Positions 12,256-23,991 of a DNA stretch of 60,000 nt are shown here, piece after piece (within the stretch, counting starts at the first letter, position 1; each line of letters opens with the position of its first letter). The stretch lies in the NCBI GenBank assembly GCA_051294905.1, contig CM119373.1, positions 2,234,001 through 2,294,000 on the forward strand, read 5' to 3'. The notes beneath the pieces are model-generated. The model was not told the origin of the DNA, did no database searches, and saw nothing but the letters and a program-made list of their open reading frames with translations. The stretch comes from Botryllus schlosseri. Taxonomy: Eukaryota. The position numbers and the translations under genes were made by a program.

Positions 12256-15200
12256 TAGTTAACACCTTACCACTTGGAATAAACAGTTATAGGCCTACAG
12301 TGTAAAATGTGTTGCAGTTGAAAAACAATCAAAACCGTTGCATGACTGTCATACCGGCATTCAATTGCTGACATTGCAGTACTTGTCCACAATGGACCAC
12401 AATATCGCCTACATAGTGATATTTCAGTGTGGATAGAGAGAACATCCCTTTATCCATATGTCAAAAAAGTTACTTTTATAGCAGCTTCCCATCAGTACCG
12501 TAGTACTGGACCTGGTCGCAGCCTGGTATATTATCAGATTCGAAGCTCGATCATCCAGCAATAATATCAGACGAAGCATATGCTACAAAACATTGTAAGA
12601 ACATTCATATGAATAAGGGATATCAGTAGCCTGCTAAAACATCTAAAACAAACGACGTTACTGCAATGTCAAAACGAGTTAATTTTATGACTATTCTCAC
12701 ATTACATACATTCAATAGCATTTACCGCATTTCCATACCTTACAGTACATGGATGTTATGATCCTTTACGCCATCAGGTAGCAGAAACTGCTTCAATATA
12801 TCCATTTCGCCAAGTTTTTTCGTGTACCCTACTCTCTGCCTGAAGCCTGACGAACCACCAATTCAAATCCAAACTGAAATCGAGCGCGCTCTACCGTAAC
12901 GAAGGTTGTGACCCCTCTGCGTCACAGGGAAATATGTATATTTCATTGAAATATTACCCTTAAACTTAGTGTTGGGTCAAGTGAGTAATATTATTTTACA
13001 TATACCGTGATTTAATGTGATCTCCAAACGTAGCGATGGTTTATGAATGCGAAATTGATGATAAATTACCAAGTATAAATTTTCTTGAAAATAAGCCGCA
13101 GTGGCGAAGTGTTACATGTAAACGGAGAAATACGCAGAAGCGTTGCGACGATAATGGCCCAATGCGTTTATATGCCCAAAAAGTGTGTCTGTACGCAGAA
13201 AAAAGTGTTATGAAGTGTTCAATACGACCTTGCGGATTTACAGTGTAGTGTGTAGTTATGTCATGATTCGGTGTATATGCGGCAAAAAACATCAAGGACA
13301 AAAATAAAGTACTTCCTTTCCTGTCATTATATTCCCTGGTAAGTCCTCATTGAAATTGTTGGCAAAGCGGCGGAAGATATTGATTTTACGAGATTATTAT
13401 ATCATTTGATTTCCCCAGTTGATACATTTGGCGACGTTTAAAGCGTCAGTATAGGATACTTCAGCATTGAGACATTATGTCGCCCGAATCGTCGCTAGGT
13501 ATCATGTACAATCTGTACATTATTGTAGGCTATCATTTCATTGAAGGATAGGGTTGGAATTAGCAATGTGACGTCACGTGACGTCATGAGGTTCACGTTC
13601 GTGTTCACACAGAACGTTTCTAAAAGTTTCGCGTTCACACGAACCTGAACCTTTCAGAGGTTCACACCATCCCTAGTAGATACACTAAAGTTGCTCGATG
13701 CTGTTGGGTTGATTGAGTCTAGAGGTGTCGAATTGATTCCCAAATTTTTTAGAGATTTAATTGATATTGAAATCTTCTTCGCGCTACGTGCGATTCAATG
13801 CGACTTCGTTCTTCGATTTCAATATAGTAGCACCCTTTGCAAACTGATCTTCAGAGTGCAGATGCGAACAGCGGAGGAAAATGATACGCTCCATATAGAA
13901 ATGATAACTTGGAATTCTGTGCTCCTCACGAGATAAATTTGTTTCTGATACGTTAGGGAGATTCCAGTATATTACCACTATACCGACAATCCAGGGGGGA
14001 GGACCAGAAAAAACAGCATGCAACAAAGTGACTAAAAACAATTGGCCCACCCCAATATTCATCATCATTTATGACTTACTCTACATTTCCAAAACCCACA
14101 CTCCATCAATTCTACCGGTGAATATGATCAAATGAGCTGAAAAAGGATGAATATTGGATAGTAATATGCGAAACTACTAATTATTAATGACGAAATTCAT
14201 TCGTGAATCTGAAAAATATTTCGATCTTCGCGCGACCAGGACCATTACCAGTAACCATTCAATACATCACCACTATAGTAAGGCGATATGAAAAATTAGA
14301 TTAGTCCGGAGTTCACCGAATATTGACATGGACAGTTTAACATCGGTATGTGGTGTCCAGTTAGTTCATTGCGACTATATTATGTCCATGTCCAGGAATG
14401 CGGCCGTAGGCTAGGCCTACATCAGTAATTAAAAGGAGGCTGCGCATGAATATCAAAAAGGTTGCCGGAAGGAAAACGTATTTGCAATATGCAAGAAACA
14501 ATACAATGAACCAATTCCATTCATCAACCATGAAAAATTTTCCCGCTTCGTTGCACAATCTTTATATTAACACATCACTTTATGTCTGTGAGTGAAATAT
14601 ATGATAGCCTATATAACGATCGCCCCTGATGTTGTGTTAATCAACTAATAAGGACCAAAGACCATCGTTTTTTACCTATTTTTTCCCTATCGTTAAGGGA
14701 GGATAGTCATTTACGTAATTGAATTTTTCGCCTCCTCCCCCCCACCCCCAAATACTTTTTTCTGTCTACACCCTCGTGTTGCTTCTTAATTGCCGCTGAT
14801 TATGATCAACTACCTCGTGGGTCTTGAAATTCACGTTTTCATGTCTTTATTCGTGGACTTATACTCATTAAATTCACGAAATCATTAAAGCGTTCATGTT
14901 GTACTTCGACATCCATCAAGCGATCATTGGCAAAACGAATTCGACGCTATTATTTGGGTCGAAAATCGGGGCCTCTTCTTGTCCTTCCAGTATCATTAAT
15001 TTCGTATGTGACTAAATATTCTCAAATACGGTAACCCTGCCAGAGAGATTTGAGAATCCGGCTATGCCCTGCTTCCCAAAGTAGCCTTATCGAATATTCA
15101 TTCCCGTCACTCGTCGATGTACCCAACATTTGCTACCAGCGATTAATTTTTCTTCTATTTTCCTTTTTCAACTAACATTTTTTACAGCCAGACTGTTCAG

Positions 15201-15293
15201 AGTCAAGTGTACCTGTTTGATGCTGGTGTGATCAGACTAGATGACCTTCACGGTCTTATCGATCATTCCTATCTAATACCGAATACTGTGCAC

Positions 15294-17762
15294 TAGGGTT
15301 GTTCAGATTTGAAAAATTGTCCGGAAACTTCGACCATTGTGATCCAAATGATGGTTTAGTACACAAAAACAATTTTATGAGCAATTTTGGTCATCTTCAT
15401 CGTGATCTTCCTTTTCCTCAAAGCCCCTAAAGATCAGGGGCCAATTCTCCTAATTATTGGGGATTCCCCAGAGTTTTTACCTAGCTCTTATTGTAAAGCA
15501 GTGCTCTGAGGTGATGATTGTACCTTTAGTGGAGTTTGCAGTGGAAAACGACCGTCTATAGGTGATAAATATCATGGTAATATATCTTTTTGGCAATCGT
15601 ATTGAACTACATATGCCAGTGCGACCTTCTGGTACATGTGTTGTTATCTCTATAGGCCCACTGCTACAGCTAGTCAGGCTATATGAATGAGACAATTGCA
15701 TGCATTTCCAGGTTGCTTTTATTTTGTTAACGTTAGTGAAAGATCTATTAAGTAGGAATATAATGTGCAATGCCAGTGCCTCCGGACAATTTCAGCTCAT
15801 TTGTAAAATACTGAGTTGTCTAATTTGATGGAGAACCGGAATTTAGTTGAAGAATGTCTGAAACAAAGCGGAAAAGGGTTGTACCTGTCCTGCAAAGAAC
15901 AAGAGACAAGTCCACTACTCAATATTCCCGTTCACTTATTGCCCGAAGACGACCAAAACGCAGGACTGTCCTGTTCAAACAGTTTAAGAGGTTGCCATAG
16001 TGTGGAATATGACAAGGGTACCTACTGAGCAACATTGTGAAAATCCAACGAGTTCATGATACAAGGCTTGCTCTTGTAACAACAAGAGAGTCAAGTGAAG
16101 GCAATGTATGTTTTTGAAACTCAATGAATTTATTGTGAGAACATTTTGAATAATCAAACTTTATGAAGCAGATTATGGCAAAAAATAATCAGCACGTTAT
16201 AACATTTTCGTGGCTTGCAACAATTGGTATTATCATTGAAAAGATGTTAAGAATTCCAAGTAATTTTCCATCTGTATGCTGAGGATAAGAAGACAATATC
16301 ACAGCCAATGCTTCATAGTTTGTTCCAAATCTGTCTTCTGTCAACTTTCCATCCCAGTGTATAGCAGCATGACTGGATAGGTCTTGTTGGAATGATTCAA
16401 ATATATCATGTGGAACCTTACGGCGATTAGACTTTATATGTCTCTTTTATACTTGATATGGATATCACAAAGGCATCAATATTCCCTCCGCATGCCTGCA
16501 TGAAAGCACTAAGTAGCATAGTTGCTTGGTTATCAGTCAATTTTAGGCGGTCCAGCTCATCAGTAATATTTTTCTTTCTTAACAAGTTTCTAGGAGCTTG
16601 AAGTTCAATAAATGAAGGATATTTGATTGCAGCATCATAATCAGAGGGTGGTGTACTGGTTTCCTTCCCAGGTGACGAGGACATTAATGTAACAAATTCG
16701 TCACTAGAACTTATGCTCGCATATGCTGAAACAGGTTCGTCACTGATCTCAGCCTAGCTTCTTTCAAAGGTCTCATGCGAGTCGTGCACTGCGAGAATAC
16801 TATTGGTCCTCATAAAATGCGATGTCTTCATTTTTCTGAGATGGCGACAACTGCGTCGCAATGTCCAAGGTCCCCCAACTTATCGAGTTCATCACAATTG
16901 ATATGTTCTTTTGAATATAATAAAGTTCAAGCGGCGTGAAGTTTGGCAACCTCTTCCAACAATTTGAAGAAGAAATTCCTGCGTTTTGGTAGTCTTAGGG
17001 CAGTTTTCCTTCAGATATAGCAGATATTTTAGAACTGGGAGTGACTGATACAATCAGATGACTATCCGCTCGAATAGTAACCAGACTTCGATCTTGTTCT
17101 TGGTGAATCCGGCACTACCTTTCTCGGCTTTGTGTCAGGCATTCTTCTTCTACTAAATTGCACTCTACCATCAAATGGAATTACTCGTTATGTTACAGAT
17201 AAACTAAAATTGAGGTAAATATTACTGACATTACATATCATACACCTTTCAATACATTTACTGCTTAAAAAGTAGCTGCAAATCTCTGCATTTGTTCACG
17301 ACTTTGCAACCCAACGGCGCTCCTTCGAAGTACGATCCATAACAAACCAGTGTCACCCGTGCAACTAATAAATGCTTCCCATGAACACGATAGACAGGTT
17401 TTGAACAGGAAAACGGAGATACATGTGATATTTATAAGACAACATTTAGGTACAATTTTGAAAACAAATATACTACCTTGCAATTCCTTATTTCTGCACA
17501 ACCGTTTTCAACTGATAACACCACAAAAGCTACAAACTGGTTACACGGTCAACACTACAGAGCACTACGTCAACGTAAACACTATGGTGTATCAGCTGTA
17601 GTAAGGAGAAATGACCTCGCGATCTTTGGGGGGTTTGAGGAAAAGGAAGATCACGATAAAGATGACCAAAATTGCTCATAAAAGTGTTTTTATGTACTAA
17701 ACCATTATTTGGATCACAATGGTCGAAGTTTCCTGACAATTTTTCAAATCTGAACAACCCTA
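15294..17762 (-). mobile_element. Decayed hAT-superfamily transposon (probably hATm-like) with long TIRs
   Basis: About 157-bp imperfect TIRs starting TAGGGTTGTTCAGATTTGAAAAATTG; exact 8-bp TSD CTGTGCAC at 15286-15293 and 17763-17770. Confidence 0.9.
15480..17140 (-). pseudogene. Disrupted transposase remnant
   Basis: Minus-strand fragments ..LDRLKLTDNQATMLLSAF.. then ..HAAIHWDGKLTEDRFGTNYEALAVILSS..GKLLGI.., interrupted by stops and frameshifts; lies between the TIRs. Boundaries approximate. Confidence 0.7.
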
Positions 17763-18682
17763 CTGTGCACGCATATTTTCTGTACCACCATCACTTCCGT
17801 GTGTTATGTATATTGGTTGGATGAAAATAAAGACTCTCTCTCTAGACATGCCATCGCCAAGTGTGAAATGTGTAGCCTATAAGACGTAGTGAACCCATTT
17901 TAGGAAACATGTAGGGTTCCCTGCCGTTCTGCATTAGTTGAATTTTAATCCAACACAGATACCCAGTGTCGAAGGCGTGCTGTTGTCTGATAACCTGCTG
18001 GAGTTGCTACCTGGGTTTCACTTCAAGTTGTGGCTAGGTAGGTAGATAACTTGCAGTGGTAGACGCACGTCCCCGTGTTAGTCCTTTATCTGACAATGCG
18101 ACGAGAATGCCACAACATTTTTTCCTCAGATTGATACTACTAAAATTTGTAATAGTATAGCAATAGACGTAAGCACTTACACTTTAACACCTAAAACCGA
18201 CTACCATAACCAGCCGGAATGTACATCGGGCACGCAAGTCCCACGGCCCACGCGTATCCAATCAAACCGCACGACCACAACACAGCTTCGTATATAGGGT
18301 GCGTTTATTAAAGAAAAATAAGCGAACATTTGATAGGAAAACAACCACAAGACAACCATAGTATGATCGATAGACCGAGTGAAAAAGAAAGAAAATGTAC
18401 CACGCCTCGCGCCATCGAGATACCGCGTCCGCAATCGATACAAAAAGTAATACTATACGAAACAGAGCGCTGCGAGTGTAATATAAACGATTTCAACCCA
18501 CGCGGCAGACCAATTGCACTCTTTACGCCACACTTCAATACAAAGATCGCTTCTTCGCGACAAGAAAACGCAATTCAAAATAACTCCATGATATCTCCGA
18601 CACCCGTGCTTCACTCATGTAATATCAACCGTATATCCTTCGCAAAGCGTTCAAGACAAACCTTTCTCACACACACCGACAT

Positions 18683-19268
18683 TAGGGCTGTTCAAAAATA
18701 ACTTTTCTCAAATGTACTGGGTATTAGACAAGATTGGTTGCCCCCAAAAAACGTAAAACACCAAAATTGGTTAAATTCCAACCTGTGGATGAACTGTTAT
18801 TGGAGAGGAAAGTTTTAGATTCTACAGAAATAGAATTAACAGTGGGAAATTATCTTATGATTTCTGATAGGATAAGCAATCGCAAATACCGTTTTTTCAA
18901 ATCCGAAATTTTTACTCCAAAAACTTCACTATGACTGGTTGGAATTGAGAAAAACATGTTAAGGATCGTGTTTTAGACAACCTAACAATTTCATGGGGTA
19001 CTAGCTTGTAAAATTTACGAGATTTATAATATTACTGATAAACCAAAACTTTATCCTCATAGAAATTCTACAGGTTGGAATTGAGCAAATTCGTTATGCA
19101 TCGTTTATTAAGGCGAGCTATCACTTCAAGGGTAGCCATTAAAATTTGGAAATATTTTATAGTGATTTTTATAAATTTCTTCGGATAATTAGCAATTCTT
19201 CTACGGGCAACCAACAATTTCATCAAGCATCCAGTGAAATTTGAAAAACAATTATCTCTAAACAGCCG
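18683..19268. mobile_element. Diverged copy of the TAGGGCTGTTCAAAA foldback MITE family
   Basis: Begins TAGGGCTGTTCAAAAATAAC, internal ctggttggaattga and caacctaacaatttcatgggg motifs shared with 51340-51957; degenerate right end ctctaaacagcc. Confidence 0.7.
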
Positions 19269-19729
19269 GAGACACACCATTCCATCACCGTTTCAGACCG
19301 GACAAGCCCGCCTTGGTGCCACCTCTACCGTTATCACCTCAGTGATTCAATTCTTTAAACCTTCATCCGCTAACACAAACTCGCACCCCTAAAGCCGACC
19401 GCATATACTCAGCGGCACCGGTAACCAGCACGTTACGGTTTCCAAATCATAACACCACGCATTGGGACACCACGACAGTTGAAGTATTCTGGAAGACTTA
19501 TTTTCTGGAAGCGACCTACAGTAAGGCCAGGCGAAACTGAGTACCTCATACAATTCCGAATAGAGTATCAGCTCTCAAGTCAATTCTGGTTTACGATCAT
19601 CTATCATTACAAGACATACAAGTATGGATGATAAGGAAAATTCAAATATATACTTTTTTGACCACACAGAAAAAAAATGAGAGTTTCGTATCACGTTAAA
19701 GATAACTCGGTATTTTTTCAACTATTCCT

Positions 19730-19955
19730 ATTTCATTGCACTTTGTGACAATGCTGTGGGTTGCTCACGACTTTGCATATATGTCATTTCCACTAAAGCG
19801 TGTAGCTTTTTAATGCTGCGATACAACCAATCCAGGTTCCAAGGCTTCCAAAGTAAAAAATATTGTTTGAGCTATCATTTCCATTGATAAATTAACTCTG
19901 TATTGAAAGGAGCGAACAATTTCTCACCCATTAGAATTAATACTCTATTCGGATT
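19730..19955 (+). repeat. Dispersed ~230-bp repeat (other copies 23055-23320 same orientation, 24200-24430 inverted)
   Basis: Shared blocks tgtgacaatg, atatgtcattt, tgtagcttt, caaggcttc, cattgataa, tttctcac, attaatactc. Confidence 0.65.
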
Positions 19956-20220
19956 TGAGCACACAGATCATCACGCCCAGCCTTACCAAAAATCTTACAA
20001 AACACAAGAACTGGAAGAACGCGATTAAGTCCCCGAATATTGCAGAGTCACGTAACGTCACAACCAACACGGCTCGAGACATGACTCCGCCGTTTCGCGG
20101 CCGGATTTCAGCCCGGGTCGTAACGTAAAGAAATTCTGCGTAAAGCAAACGAAAAACGGCTTCTTCACTGCGCCCAGCTCACGAGTGTCTTTGAACCTCT
20201 CCGCCGCTGGCTTTGCGGCT

Positions 20221-20334
20221 TCACACGGGCTTGCCGAGAGAGCGCTCGACCACGATGACGGCAACCTTGCCCGCGTTTCTGAGCAAGTCGACGGCCCGCT
20301 GGTGGCTGATGCCCACGAAATCGGACCCGTTCAC
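20221..20334 (-). CDS. ERBIN: Erbin/LRRC7-like, coding exon 15 (end of PDZ, stop)
   Basis: Acceptor at 20335-20336; VNGSDFVGISHQRAVDLLRNAGKVAVIVVERSLGKPV*, stop TGA at 20223-20221; His at alphaB1 suggests a class I PDZ. Confidence 0.9.
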   Translation of the reverse strand: MNGSDFVGISHQRAVDLLRNAGKVAVIVVERSLGKPV

Positions 20335-20372
20335 CTGCGAGGCAAGGAAGGAATTAACGTGATTACTCAGAC

Positions 20373-21090
20373 TGTGTGTGTGTGTGTGTGTGTGTATAGG
20401 CAGCAGACTTGTATAAACTACTGAATTTCCAAGTAGTGTAACTAGAACTAGAACAAGAGCTATGAACTTTTCACATTATAGTGTGTGTGTATGTTTGTGT
20501 GTGTAGGCAAGACTTGTGCAAACCACTACATTTTCAAATAGCGCAATTACAACTGGAACTAGAACTACTCGCTTTTAAAAACTCGCAACTAGAGCTAGAA
20601 CTTGAACAACCAACTTTTCAAATCACCACGTGTGTGTGTGTAGGCAACAGATTTGTACAAACTGATGAATTTTCAAAACGTACAACTATATCTAGTAGCC
20701 TACTAGTACAACAACTACCCACTTTTCAAAATATGCAATTAGAACTAGAACTAAAACTAAAACTACTCCTTTTTCATAATGTGGAACTAGAGCTAAAACT
20801 ATCGGTACTCACTTTTCAAAATCGACACAAGAACCACCACTAAAACTATGCACTTTCAAAATGTGCAACTAGAACTAAAATACACACATTTCAGAATGAG
20901 CAGTAGGACTAGAACTACTCTCACAAAAAGCGGTGGTTCGTTGACCGTCAACTAACTAAACTGGTCGTTTGTACGAGTCTGGTTTTCTGCTTGTTAGGCG
21001 ACTATTTATTTCAATGCGTAACAAATACTAAAACTGGAACTACTCACTTATCAAGATCAGCAACTAGAATTAGAACTGAACCTACTCATA
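20373..21090. repeat. (GT)n tracts plus degenerate ACTAGAACTAGAACTAC repeat element
   Basis: Three gtgtgtgt-aggca-(ca)gacttgt units at about 20373, 20481, 20630, each followed by ctagaactag arrays; gtttgtacgagtctg end motif at about 20968-20982. Confidence 0.7.
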
Positions 21091-21150
21091 AAAACAGCAA
21101 TTATTTTGCCGTCAACTACTAGTATTAACACAAATTGGCTCAGGGCTCAC

Positions 21151-21376
21151 CATTAGTATTTTGTCGCCTGGCTGCAGTTTGTTATCGGCTGCCCCACCAA
21201 GCGTAACGTGAGTCACGAAAACTCCCTCGTCCGCAGGCCTGTAAGAGTTGCCCCCGAAACCCATGCCCCCCGTCACGTGGAAGCCGAAAGTGGGGTTCCG
21301 CCGCACGCTGACCGTGACCCGCTCGAAATCCTCCTGCGTGTCGGACCAGGCCTGCGGAGGCTGCCTGGGCGCGTGT
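21151..21376 (-). CDS. ERBIN: Erbin/LRRC7-like, coding exon 14 (PDZ N-terminal part)
   Basis: AG/GT bounded, 226 nt, phase 2-0; ..VSVRRNPTFGFHVTGGMGFGGNSYRPADEGVFVTHV..LQPGDKILM matches the Erbin/Densin PDZ (long beta2-beta3 loop GN.FRP.D.GIFV). Confidence 0.92.
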
Positions 21377-22105
21377 CTGAAACATATATGTGTATTTATT
21401 GGCCAAACGCGAGATTGCACACAAAAGATATTATTATGTATGGAATTCGACTTTGGACAAGATATATGTCCGAAAAGAATTGACACTTGCAATAACCTGA
21501 ACTAGCTCCATTTGCGGTAACTGTGATTGACCAGTAATGTATATCTTTTGATTTATAGCTGTGGTCTATCTTAGACTAGGCAGTGGCTGGAAACATGCTA
21601 TTTTGGTTTTGAAAAGATGGCTGTTACAATACGGTAATGTCTATTCAGTCCACCACCAAACATAATATCAAATCTACTGCTTCTGAATCCCGCGATTACG
21701 ATCACCATTACAGCAAAATCACCAAATACTCCCTTATGATTACATGGAAAAGTAACAATAATTACTTACCATTGCATTAAATGGAATCTAACTCATGGTT
21801 CCCTGATAATGCTACAGAAGAACTGTATAGTGTGAAACCAGCCAAGTTTGATGTACAGACATTGCCATAATCTTGCTTACGAGAATGAAATTTGATATGC
21901 TATGAGCTGAACTTATGCGATTTCTCAGTTTTTGCAAATTCACTAATTCTAATTTAATTTGAGAAAAACTGTGCAGCTGTAATTCTAATTCTAGTCTAAT
22001 TTGGAGAAAATTGTACAATGTACAGCTATAATTCTAATTTTAGTCTTAATTTAGAAAAAAAATGTATAGCTGTAACTCTAATTCTAGTCTACTGACGCCA
22101 CCCAC

Positions 22106-22276
22106 CTTCGCTGCTCGGGCATGTACTGATAGTTGGACGGCGGCGACATGTGCCTGCCCGGGTGCTTGTACTCGTTCTGCATCATGCCGTGATTTGGTGG
22201 CAGGCCGTAGGACTGCGCGTGCGCGTACGGGTTGCGATGGTGCGGCTTGTGCTGTGGCTGCTGCTGGTGGTAGGGC
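22106..22276 (-). CDS. ERBIN: Erbin/LRRC7-like, coding exon 13 (H/Q/P/Y-rich linker)
   Basis: Acceptor gcgttcag, donor AG|gtgggt; 171 nt, phase 2-2, open frame PYHQQQPQHKPHH..YMPEQR. Confidence 0.8.
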
Positions 22277-22830
22277 CTGAACGCTGACGCGACACTGTAC
22301 AAAATTATCATGATAAATAAAGCCCGACTAATATACAATTTTCGAGACGATATCTAGCACCTAAAATTTTCATTCTTTCTCCGCCCTATATTGGCCATAG
22401 TTATGTCAATCATGGCCAAAAGAAAATAAGAACTTAATTCTTTCAAAGTGTGTAAAATAGACACAAGTTACATTGATTCCACATCGGCAATATATGGTAA
22501 CCCCAACCGTAACCAAAAATTTACCCCAAACGAAAGGTGTCACATGGTACTATGTTTATCGCTGGGCAAAATAGAGTAACCGAGTGATCTGATTATGAAT
22601 CTGGCATCATGTTTCAAGCAGTACTCATTATGACGCCATAACATAAACAATAGTTCTAATATGCAACTGTCACACGACGACAAAGAATATAATGCCATGC
22701 GTTGGGAGGGGTCGTTCACACTTTCATTTGTCGACTTTTATCAAAATACACCAACCAAGGCTGTGTCAACAAAAGCAGTTCGTGAACCATCTATAAATAG
22801 TACATTGAACGATCTCTTATTCAACATTTC

Positions 22831-23003
22831 ATGCTGATGACGTGATATTTTGTGATACGATTGTTTATATACCACGTTCTTTCCAATTTTCTACTAGTTG
22901 CTGACGATTACCCCTGACGAGTGTCAGCTGAAAATATTCGGTTCATTGCAATATGAATATACTATTCAATTGTATATTGAAGACCTGTACCTCCAAGAAG
23001 TTC
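22831..23003 (+). mobile_element. Hammerhead-bearing short retro-repeat, copy 1 (Penelope-like pseudo-LTR remnant?)
   Basis: Homologous to 9655-9840, 33385-33530 and 45771-45905 (all minus); shared 3' part attcaattgtatattgaag..tgtacctccaagaag. Confidence 0.75.
22900..22945 (+). ncRNA. Minimal type I hammerhead ribozyme motif (best-preserved copy)
   Basis: ACCC-CTGACGA(22914-22920)-G-TGTCAGC-T-GAAA(22930-22933)-ATAT-T-C(22939)-GG; palindromic stem III AATATT; loop II TGTCAGC complementary to upstream GCTGACG (22900-22906). Confidence 0.65.
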
Positions 23004-23493
23004 TTCTTATATGACATTAAAGATAATTTGGTATTTTTTCGACAATACCTCTTTTTGCACTCTGTGACAATGAATCGCGAGTTGATCACGACTACACAGA
23101 TATGTCATTTCACCAATTTCTGTAGCTTTATGCTACATTTTTGGTATGAATGGTACGATCAATCAAGGCTTCAAGGCTTCTACTTCAAAAAATACATTAT
23201 TGAAACCATACTTCTCATTGATAACTTAACTATTAGTGACAAGGACAGTATAATTTCAGTACTTGAAAAATCATTTCTCACTAATCGAGACTAATCGTTA
23301 GTATTAATACTCAATTCAGACTGCCCAGTGTAACCCAACCCTAACCCGAATGCTCTAGTGTTACATGCCCAATTGTAGCATGCTGAAATGCCGTATGCTA
23401 TTATATCACATGCCAACACGTATCAAACTTCACGGTAATGCCTCTAGCTCAAGATTATGTACACAAAATACGTTAAAACCCCTCTATACCCAC

Positions 23494-23991
23494 CTTTCCT
23501 CTTCCCTCTCCGGCAATGGCCGATACAGAACAGGCGACACAGGCTCGTGATGTCTGTAACGCTGTTCGTAAGCTTGCGCCTGAACCTGCTGTCTCGCGTT
23601 ATGATACCCGGGCGGGTACGCATAATTCCCGTACCCCATATCCTGCTCAGGATGCTGCGTCTGCCGCTGACCCCTCGCGCTATTCCTGTACCCAGCCCGA
23701 GGATGGTAAGCCTGCGAGTGGTATTCGGCTTGTGGCTGTTCGTAATCGTACACGCTAACGTACGTAGCGTAGTCAGGGCTGGCGTAAGTACCGCGTTTAG
23801 TTTCCGCGGGCTGATACCGTTGTGCTGCGTGATTGTTGGGGTAGCGTGTCTGATGGGCCGGGCTGGGGTACTGCTGTGGCGCGTAACTGGCGGGCTGGTA
23901 GGGCGCCTGGTCCAGAACAGAGTCGTGAGAAGACGCGTTTCGCAGCGGTGTTGAAGGGAAGTAGGCGTCGTGTTGGTGCTGTTGGTTGTAT
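23494..23991 (-). CDS. ERBIN: Erbin/LRRC7-like, coding exon 12 (Y/Q/P-rich linker)
   Basis: Acceptor ccttacag, donor AG|gtgggt; 498 nt, phase 2-2, open frame YNQQHQHDAYF..YDYEQPQAEY..EREEE. Confidence 0.82.

Larger units (their letters stand above)
6366..13675. mobile_element. 7.3-kb non-autonomous hAT (Ac-like termini) DNA transposon
   Basis: 16-bp TIR TAGGGATGGTGTGAAC / GTTCACACCATCCCTA; exact 8-bp TSD GTAGATAC at 6358-6365 and 13676-13683; GTTCAC/GTGAAC subterminal repeats at both ends; no transposase-length ORF inside. Confidence 0.9.
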
